Both the position numbers and the translations under genes were made by a program. DNA of 64,000 nucleotides, from NCBI GenBank assembly GCA_029782215.1, contig JAKOVD010000022.1, positions 5,165 through 69,164 on the forward strand. Direction: 5' to 3'. This stretch comes from Chloroflexota bacterium. GTDB taxonomy: Bacteria > Chloroflexota > Anaerolineae > J102. Below are positions 54,417 to 61,203 of this stretch, in pieces (positions within the stretch are counted from its first letter, which is position 1; each line of letters starts with the position of its first letter). The notes below the pieces were generated by a model. The model searched no databases and was not told the DNA's origin. It was given only the letters and a program-made list of their open reading frames with translations.

Positions 54417-55346
54417 ATGCGTAAGTTCATCCATTTCGCCCGCTGTATGTACCAGAATCTGATCGACGACGAGATTGCCCAGCGGGCATCGGCGCTGGCC
54501 TTTTACGCCATGTTCTCAATCTTTCCCCTGCTGCTTCTCAGCGTGAACGCGATCAGCTACCTGCTCAAGGACCCCGTCCTGGTCCAGCAGATCACCGACT
54601 CCTTTGCCACCCTCTTTCCAAGCGGAAACGTCCTTTTTGGCCAGGTGCTGCAGGAGGCGCTCAAGGCCCAGGGAGCAAGTAACTTGATCGGTCTGCTAAG
54701 CCTGCTTTGGGGCGCGTCCAGCTTCTTCAACGGGCTCCAGGGCACCGTCAACCGGATCTTCACCACCCAGGATTCGCGCCCCAGTTGGCTGGGACGCGGT
54801 CTGGGGATGGTCATGGCCGTGGTGGTGGCCGCCCTCCTGTTTGCCGTGCTGCTGATCACGACCGCCGGCCGCCTGGTGATCAGTTATCTGCCCGCCGCGG
54901 CCGCGGGGTCTGGAATTCTGGAAACGATCGGCAACCGCGGCGGCATCGTCGTGGTTGCTGCCTTCACCTTCGCGCTCCTGTACCACTATATCCCCAGCCG
55001 CCGTCCGCGCCTGCGCCCGACCCTGTTCGGCGCCGCAACGGCAACCATCGGCTGGCTGGTAGCGTCTTATGCCCTGCTCTGGTACGTCGCCAGCGGCCTG
55101 GCCCGTTACAACCGCATCTATGGTTCCATTGCCGCCGTCATCATCTTCCTGCTCTGGCTCTACGTCTCCAACTTCATCCTGCTGTTGGGCGCCGAGGTGA
55201 CGGCCTACCTGTCGCGCACCAAAGACCCCAACCCCGTCCCGCTACCGGCGGCGCTCCAGCGCTTCCTGGAAGCGCGCTTGGGACCCCTGGAAGAAGAACG
55301 TCTCCAGGAGAACCCGGCCCTCGGCTCCACTAGTCCAGGTCCTTGA
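54417..55346 (+). CDS. YihY/BrkB family membrane protein
   Basis: ASALAFYAMFSIFPLLLL, SLLWGASSFF and the C-terminal YGS.AAVIIFLLWLYVSNFILLLGAEV are characteristic. Confidence 0.85.
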   Translation: MRKFIHFARCMYQNLIDDEIAQRASALAFYAMFSIFPLLLLSVNAISYLLKDPVLVQQITDSFATLFPSGNVLFGQVLQEALKAQGASNLIGLLSLLWGASSFFNGLQGTVNRIFTTQDSRPSWLGRGLGMVMAVVVAALLFAVLLITTAGRLVISYLPAAAAGSGILETIGNRGGIVVVAAFTFALLYHYIPSRRPRLRPTLFGAATATIGWLVASYALLWYVASGLARYNRIYGSIAAVIIFLLWLYVSNFILLLGAEVTAYLSRTKDPNPVPLPAALQRFLEARLGPLEEERLQENPALGSTSPGP

Positions 55347-55542
55347 GCTCGACCGGATCCTCCTGGGGATGGCAGACTCCACAGTAGAGAGCATCAGCCA
55401 CCACCAAAGCCTTGTACTGCCCCTGATGGTTTTGGTAGATGTCGATCACGGAGGGCATCAGCTTCACGTGTTCTCGACAAATCGCCCGTCCGCAAAACTG
55501 ACAGGCGCCATGGGCAGGACGGTCACAATGCCAGCAATTCAT
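55330..55542 (-). CDS. Small Cys-rich zinc-finger protein (DUF2180-like)
   Basis: MNCWHCDRPAHGACQFCGRAICREHVK...YCGVCHP. The track ORF starts 11 codons earlier (55575). Confidence 0.5.
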   Translation of the reverse strand: MNCWHCDRPAHGACQFCGRAICREHVKLMPSVIDIYQNHQGQYKALVVADALYCGVCHPQEDPVELKDLD

Positions 55543-55643
55543 ACACAACCTCAGGTGCTCGAGAATAGACTCCAAGCACCATTCTAGGGCACGCCGGCGC
55601 TGAGCGACAATCGCAGTGACCCTCTGCGGCCTGCATCCCGACG

Positions 55644-57437
55644 CTAGGCAGGAGCCGGCGCCGCCAGTCTTCTCTGGCTCTCCAGACGTCTGCTTGTCTC
55701 GAGCTCGAGGGTCTTGGCCGCATAGAGATCATGGGCGACGAGGGCTGCGAAGTCGCGGCCATGCATAGTAAGCGCCGTGGTGTTCACCAACGCCCGCACC
55801 GAAGCCGTGCGCGGGATATTCATGAGCAGGGCGATCTCACCTACGTAAGCACCGGCATCCAGTTGATTCACAACCTGGTCCGCACCGTCTCTGGTCACAA
55901 TGACCTCGACGCGGCCGGATGCAATGATATTCAGGGAGTCCCCTATCTCCCCCTGCCGCATCAGGTAGGATCCAGCCTCATAGCTCGTGGTCTGGAGGGA
56001 AGCAGCGATTTGCTGAAGCATCTTCCCATCCAGTTCGGAGAAGACCGGAATCGACCGCAGCAAGCCAGTCACCCGGATCGAGTGGATGATCCTCTCACCC
56101 AACTGGAAGCGATCCTTCACCAGAACGGCAAAGTCGACCCGGCTGAGCACGAGAACCTCGGTGGGAATGAGCGCTCTGCAGGTCGCATTGCGCCGGGCGT
56201 CATTGAGCAGGGCAGCTTCACCCACATAGCGCCCCCTTCCCAACTGCCCCAGGACCCGCACGTCACCGCTTTCCTCCTGGACGCTTACTTCGACCGTACC
56301 GCTGCGAATGACATACATCTCATTGCCCTTGTCCCCTTGCCGGATCAGCTTTTCGCCGGGAGCCACATGCTTCAGGGTCATGCGCGAGGCGAGAAGCTCG
56401 GTCTCTTCATCACTCATATCACCGAAGATCGGCATCTGGCGAAGCAGCGCGGCGTTCGCCGTGCGCGCACTGCGGAACTGCACACCCAGCGAACGTGCCT
56501 GATCCACGTGGCCGAAGAGGTAGGCCGAGGCCAGCTCCCTCTCCTCCCACAGCAAAGCGTCGTACGAACGACTCAGGGCGCGAAGGCACGCAGCTTCACC
56601 GATGTCCTGGACGATAAGTGCGAGGAACAGGGACAGAGCCGCGCCCAGCCTGCGTCCCCGTTCGGGCAAAGCAATCCCCGACGGCAGCGACGACTCCATC
56701 CGGTCGGCGACGATTGTCGTCATCCAGTCCGTCGTCTCGGCATAGATGTTGAAGCGTTCAACCAGCCGTCGCCAGCGATGGTCTCCCATCATGGCCCGAT
56801 GTTGGACGGCCAAGCCATCAAACGTCCATGCGCAGGCATCGGTCAGCAGTGTCTCATCGTTGAGAGTTTGCTCAGAGACGTTGCGCTCAGGTCGATAGAG
56901 CACCCGGCTGCGAGCGACACGCTGGAGGGTCATGCTCGCGGCAAAGAGAAGGGAGGCGAGGCAGAAGAACGTTACGCTGCTCGCTCCCGGCGCCAGAAGA
57001 ACCGCAGCCACCACCAGGAGGATCCAGGTAGAGGCAAAGTCTGTTCGCCAAGCCGAAGCGACGGTGAGCAGAAGCAGCGCACATGCCAACAGCGGGGCCG
57101 CTCTATTGGCAAGATCCAACCAGCTCATGGGCGTCGCCAGCAGCCCTCTGCTGCCCACCCCACCCACGGCCAAAATGGCGGCGAGAATGCCACATACCAG
57201 GACAAAACACTGAAGTCGGGAAAGCCCTGAGATGGCTTCAGCCCGCAAGAGGAAGAGAGCCGCCAGCAAGAGCGCCAGACGTCCACCCAATGTCGCCAGA
57301 CCCAGCAGCATGGGAGCCGGCGCTGCCATGACGCCCCCCCCATCGCATCGCCATAGCCAACAGAACTGCCAGGATCGAGAAGGCGGCAAACAGGGCCAGA
57401 AGGCCGAACGCCTTGTCGTGCAGTGCTCCTTTGGCAT
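55644..57437 (-). CDS. Multi-TM membrane protein with two C-terminal cyclic-nucleotide-binding domains (probably the 3' part of a frameshifted longer gene)
   Basis: Two cNMP-binding modules (FGDMSDEE...GEKLIRQGDKGNEMYVIRSG...GEAALL...RNATCRA and FSELDGKM...GSYLMRQGEIGDSLNIIASG...GEIALL..PRTASVRA). The first plausible Met is at 57329. It overlaps the upstream ORF by 92-200 nt. Confidence 0.75.
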   Translation of the reverse strand: MPKEHCTTRRSAFWPCLPPSRSWQFCWLWRCDGGGVMAAPAPMLLGLATLGGRLALLLAALFLLRAEAISGLSRLQCFVLVCGILAAILAVGGVGSRGLLATPMSWLDLANRAAPLLACALLLLTVASAWRTDFASTWILLVVAAVLLAPGASSVTFFCLASLLFAASMTLQRVARSRVLYRPERNVSEQTLNDETLLTDACAWTFDGLAVQHRAMMGDHRWRRLVERFNIYAETTDWMTTIVADRMESSLPSGIALPERGRRLGAALSLFLALIVQDIGEAACLRALSRSYDALLWEERELASAYLFGHVDQARSLGVQFRSARTANAALLRQMPIFGDMSDEETELLASRMTLKHVAPGEKLIRQGDKGNEMYVIRSGTVEVSVQEESGDVRVLGQLGRGRYVGEAALLNDARRNATCRALIPTEVLVLSRVDFAVLVKDRFQLGERIIHSIRVTGLLRSIPVFSELDGKMLQQIAASLQTTSYEAGSYLMRQGEIGDSLNIIASGRVEVIVTRDGADQVVNQLDAGAYVGEIALLMNIPRTASVRALVNTTALTMHGRDFAALVAHDLYAAKTLELETSRRLESQRRLAAPAPA

Positions 57438-58053
57438 ACAAGTCGTTCTGCCATGCCCAGAGACCTCCCAACGCTACCGCCACCGCGGCAAGGCCCAGGG
57501 CCGCATCTGGCGCCAGCACGAGCCCTGGAGTGAACGCCAGGAGCACGCTGGCCCCCACCATCATCGCCGTGACCCGCCACATGCCTGCGAAGGCGCCCTT
57601 CTGCCTCAGCCAGCGGAACAGCCGTAGACCATACGGCCGCGCCATCGAGACCAGGGCGTAGGCTGCAAGCGCTGCCACCGCCAACCCAGCCACGACGATG
57701 ACTACTCTCGTAATGACTCCTCCTCCCGACCACATCGCCATCAACGAACCGCTTACTTGCCTCTGCCAGTATCGAACGCTGAGCACGATGGCGACCAGCG
57801 CCCACGAGACAGACAGCACGCCAAAGCCCGCGTAAAGCCGCTCATCCCGGGTGAGTCCCCGCCAAAAACGTGCCGAGAAGAACATCTGAACCGGGTGGCC
57901 TGAGTCGTTGCTGGCTTGCCGGAGCCTGGCCCACAGCCCCGTGCGTATGAACCCAATGGACCTGCTGCGCAACATGGGTATCTCCAGCCAGTCCATCAGC
58001 AGGAAGTAGCCATCAAGCGTCATCTGCCATATGGCCAAACCTGCGTATGCCAT
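57238..58053 (-). CDS. Multi-TM membrane protein fragment with an S2P/M50-like LDGY...NLR segment (probably the 5' part of the same gene)
   Basis: It starts MAYAGLAIWQMTLDGYFLLMDWLEIPMLRSRS, which is like the last conserved block of M50 proteases, but no HExxH is present. It has 5-6 TM segments. The frame decays into a Gly/Ser/Ala tail after the G8 tract at 57334-57341. Confidence 0.55.
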   Translation of the reverse strand: MAYAGLAIWQMTLDGYFLLMDWLEIPMLRSRSIGFIRTGLWARLRQASNDSGHPVQMFFSARFWRGLTRDERLYAGFGVLSVSWALVAIVLSVRYWQRQVSGSLMAMWSGGGVITRVVIVVAGLAVAALAAYALVSMARPYGLRLFRWLRQKGAFAGMWRVTAMMVGASVLLAFTPGLVLAPDAALGLAAVAVALGGLWAWQNDLYAKGALHDKAFGLLALFAAFSILAVLLAMAMRWGGRHGSAGSHAAGSGDIGWTSGALAGGSLPLAG

Positions 58054-58080
58054 TTGGCTATTTCATTGCCCACTGTATGG

Positions 58081-58563
58081 CTAATCCGCTCCAAACAGCT
58101 TTGCGTTCGTCGCTGCGAGCAGCTCCGCCGTGGTCAGCTTCATCATCGTCCGGTCATCCCCGCCGCCGCCGTAGATGACATCCCAGGCCAGGACGGCACG
58201 GTCGAGCAGCACCGGCACGGGGGTGCGGTGGCCAAAGGGCGGCACACCGCCGGCAGGATAGCCGGTGATGGCAATCACTTCTTCTGCCTTCATCAGTTTG
58301 ACCTGGCGCTTCCCTACCGCGAACAAGTCGGCCAGGGGGCGCACAGGCACCGGCGCTGTCCCATTGGTGATGACGGCATAGGGCTGGCCGGCGATATCAA
58401 ACAACAAGGTCTTGATGATCTGTTCGGTTGACACACCCAGGGCGGCGGCCGCCGCAGAAACGGTGGGCGTCTCGCCAATACCTGTGATCAGTTCCGCGGG
58501 CACACGGTGTGCATCAAGATAGACGGCCAGGTCAGCAGGAGTGAGCATCGTCACGGCATCCAT
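58081..58563 (-). CDS. YbaK/EbsC-family aminoacyl-tRNA deacylase
   Basis: KTLLF......AVI..G...V....LA..., ITGYPAGGVPPFGH and VIYGGGGD are typical of the YbaK/ProX editing domain. Confidence 0.8.
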   Translation of the reverse strand: MDAVTMLTPADLAVYLDAHRVPAELITGIGETPTVSAAAAALGVSTEQIIKTLLFDIAGQPYAVITNGTAPVPVRPLADLFAVGKRQVKLMKAEEVIAITGYPAGGVPPFGHRTPVPVLLDRAVLAWDVIYGGGGDDRTMMKLTTAELLAATNAKLFGAD

Positions 58564-58594
58564 CCTCGGGTTCGCTTGAGTAAGCCAGGGGACA

Positions 58595-59440
58595 TCAACG
58601 ACTTGCGTCTTCAGCTTCCGGGAGCAGACCCCGAACGCCAGCGGCCAGGCGGGCAGCGGCAGAGGGATCCGTCCAGACCAGACTGCGAATCTGAACAGCG
58701 GCCGCGCCCAGCCTCAAGCATAGGCCGACATCGTCCAGGTCGTGGATGCCGCCAACCGCCACCAACGGCACGCCCAGATCAAGGGCTGCGACGCGCTGCA
58801 GCGCCCTTAGGGTGAAAGGAAGGGCGACGGGTCCGGCCAGCGCCCCTTCGAGCAGGACCCCATCCTCGGCGGGATAGACCACGGGTGGTGGCGTCCCCAC
58901 CACCAGGGCGTCGGCGCCTGCCACCACACAGGTCGCGGCCAGATAGGCCGCCCTGGTAGCCGGAAGCCGCACCAGGATCGGCAAGGTCGTGGCGTGGCGT
59001 ACGGCGGAGATCGCAGCACTGGCTTCTCCGGGATTCACGTCCTCGGACAAGGGCAGCTCAACGCCCGCCACGCCCCAGTCCTCCTCTTCCAGGCGGCCTG
59101 CCATCCATGCCCTGTCGCCGGGCTCGCCCCCGATGAGAGAGAGCAGAACCGGGACGCCCAGGCGCCACCAGGTGCTACTCTGGCGGCTGACGACGCCGCG
59201 GAATCCGGGATTGTGGTCGCCTGTCGCCAGCAGAAAGCCAGCGGGCAGCTCTGCCAGGCGCGGCTGCCCGGCGCCCTTGCGTGGGCGCATCGAGACGGGG
59301 GCCGTGACAACGGCGCCGAAGTCGCTGGGCTGCAGCCCTGGAGGCCAGGCATCACCGTAGCCGGCGGCGCCACTGCCGGCGATCAGCGGTGACTCAAGAT
59401 GCAGCCCACGTTTGTTCGCCGGCGCCAGCTCGATGCTCAT
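58595..59440 (-). CDS. Dihydroorotate dehydrogenase-like TIM-barrel protein (class 1B catalytic subunit-like, divergent)
   Basis: LESPLIAGSGAAGYG, GVAGVELPLS, VLVRLP and VAVGGIHDLDDVGLCLRLGAAAVQI. The ATG at 59440 overlaps the pyrK-like stop (ATGA). Confidence 0.7.
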   Translation of the reverse strand: MSIELAPANKRGLHLESPLIAGSGAAGYGDAWPPGLQPSDFGAVVTAPVSMRPRKGAGQPRLAELPAGFLLATGDHNPGFRGVVSRQSSTWWRLGVPVLLSLIGGEPGDRAWMAGRLEEEDWGVAGVELPLSEDVNPGEASAAISAVRHATTLPILVRLPATRAAYLAATCVVAGADALVVGTPPPVVYPAEDGVLLEGALAGPVALPFTLRALQRVAALDLGVPLVAVGGIHDLDDVGLCLRLGAAAVQIRSLVWTDPSAAARLAAGVRGLLPEAEDASR

Positions 59441-60207
59441 AACTGGAGTTCGAGCAGGTCGAACACCGGCCCGCGCAGGCAGACACGTCGCCGGCCGCCA
59501 GCGACGTCCGCGGCGCAGGCCAGGCAGGCGCCGACCCCACATAAGAAGCGGGCAGGGTAGAGAACCTGGGCAAACCCCCTTCCGGCGGAAGGCCGTCCCT
59601 CGCGGATGGCGCCAGCCAGTTGCCGGTAGAAGCCCAGCGTGCCTGCTGCCGCCACGGCATCCGCCCAACCCAGCAGCTCGGCCAGTTGGGCTGCCAGGCG
59701 CCCCCTGGCGCCGCGGCTCCCGTCCATCGTGGTGACATTGTACTCGACGGTGAGAGGAAGGCGCTGGGCCGGAACGGCGTAGCGGGCGGATGGCGCTTCC
59801 GCCGCCAGGGTGACGGCCATGCCGGCGGCGTCCGCCTGGGCCACCAACGGCAGCAGCGTCCAGGCCAGATCCCCTTCACCCAGGCAGAGCAGTCGTTTGC
59901 CGCCGGGGGGCAGCCGGAAACCCACGCCCACAGGCCCCAGGCAGTCCAACTCGGCGCCCAGCGGCACCAGCCGCAGCCACGCATGCCCGCGATCGCCGCT
60001 GGCGGGCAGCCTCACCGTCCACGAGTCCGGGAGAAGCGCTACCGGATACAGCGCCCGCCGCAAATAGGGATCGAGGCCCCAGCCCATGCGCACCAGCACC
60101 GGTTGTCCGGGCTGCAACTGCGCCGCCAGTGCCGGGGCATGGAGCCGCAGTTCCTGGCTGGCGCCAGACACCGTGCGGTCCAGCAATTGGGCACTGACCT
60201 GCAGCAT
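59437..60207 (-). CDS. PyrK-like electron-transfer subunit (FNR-like fold with C-terminal 2Fe-2S Cys cluster)
   Basis: RRALYPVA (the RR.S-like FAD motif is degenerate), GEGDLAWTLLPL, and C-terminal CGVGACLACAADV...RVCLRGPVF. Confidence 0.65.
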   Translation of the reverse strand: MLQVSAQLLDRTVSGASQELRLHAPALAAQLQPGQPVLVRMGWGLDPYLRRALYPVALLPDSWTVRLPASGDRGHAWLRLVPLGAELDCLGPVGVGFRLPPGGKRLLCLGEGDLAWTLLPLVAQADAAGMAVTLAAEAPSARYAVPAQRLPLTVEYNVTTMDGSRGARGRLAAQLAELLGWADAVAAAGTLGFYRQLAGAIREGRPSAGRGFAQVLYPARFLCGVGACLACAADVAGGRRRVCLRGPVFDLLELQL

Positions 60208-60218
60208 CCTTGTGTCAA

Positions 60219-60962
60219 TCAGCCGTTGCGGGCGACTTCAGTCAATTCGTCCGGGGAGAGAATGACCACCCTGCCACGCGCACTCAAGACCAAGCCCTGT
60301 TTGCGAAAGCGGCTCATGATCCGGATCGCCGTCTCCACCGTCGTTCCGGTCATCTCGGCAATATCCTGGCGTGTCAGAGGAATGTCGATGACGATGGCGC
60401 CGGGCCGGCTGTCATAAGGCCGGCCCGCCAACTCAGAGAGGCGGAGCAGGGTGCGGGCAATACGCTGCTCGACCCGATCGACCGCCAGGCTGCGCACCAT
60501 TTCTGTGGTCATGCGCAGCCGCCGGCTCAACTCGGTGATCACGGCCATCGCCACCCGCGGGTAGCGCTCCAGCATGTCATAGAAGTCACGACGGGCAATC
60601 GTGACCACAGCGACATCTTCCAGGGTCTGGGCTGTGGTGGAGTAGGGACGGGTATCGAGCACCGCCATCTCGCCGATAAGCTGTCCCGGCCCCAAGACCT
60701 CCAGGACGACGTCACGACCGTTGTCGGTGTGGCGAACAAGCTTGACGCGGCCCATCCAGATGACGTAAAGCGCATCAGGAGGATCGCCCTGGAAGAAAAT
60801 ATAGGCGTCTTTGGGGAAACAATGCCCGTGCAACAAAGGCGCGATCGCTGCCCATTCCTCTTCCGCCAACCCTCGGAAGAGAGGAACAGTGCGCGCAACT
60901 TGCACCATGTTCCATTGCAGCTTGTCCAGGCGTGGCCCGGCGCGGCTCGTGGTGTCGACCAT
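60219..60962 (-). CDS. Crp/Fnr family transcriptional regulator
   Basis: cNMP-binding domain (LFRGL...IFFQGDPPDALYVIWMGRVKL...GEMAVLD..PYSTTAQ) plus the HTH LTRQDIAEMTGTTVETAIRIMSRFRKQG. The start is uncertain (60962 or Met at 60908). Confidence 0.85.
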   Translation of the reverse strand: MVDTTSRAGPRLDKLQWNMVQVARTVPLFRGLAEEEWAAIAPLLHGHCFPKDAYIFFQGDPPDALYVIWMGRVKLVRHTDNGRDVVLEVLGPGQLIGEMAVLDTRPYSTTAQTLEDVAVVTIARRDFYDMLERYPRVAMAVITELSRRLRMTTEMVRSLAVDRVEQRIARTLLRLSELAGRPYDSRPGAIVIDIPLTRQDIAEMTGTTVETAIRIMSRFRKQGLVLSARGRVVILSPDELTEVARNG

Positions 60963-61126
60963 ACCAGATGTCTGCTTTCAGTGGCCCGGCTGCCGTGTGG
61001 TTTGCAGCAGAACCATGTTCATTCTAGCACAAGAAGTGAGAGGCGAGAAACGAGACACGAGAAGCACAGGTGGACCACAAGGTAGCGCCGCAGCCCGACC
61101 CTGCGGTCCGGTCCGGACGCGACGAG

Positions 61127-61148
61127 GCCGGGATCTTGCGATCCCGGC
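61127..61148 (-). terminator. Hairpin downstream of the nucleotidase gene
   Basis: gccgggatc-ttgc-gatcccggc: perfect 9-bp stem, about 55 nt past the stop at 61204. No clear U-run. Confidence 0.35.
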
Positions 61149-61203
61149 CCCGGTCCTGCAGTGAGCGGGAACCCAGCGGACGCCGCGGCTCCCTTGGTTC
61201 AGG

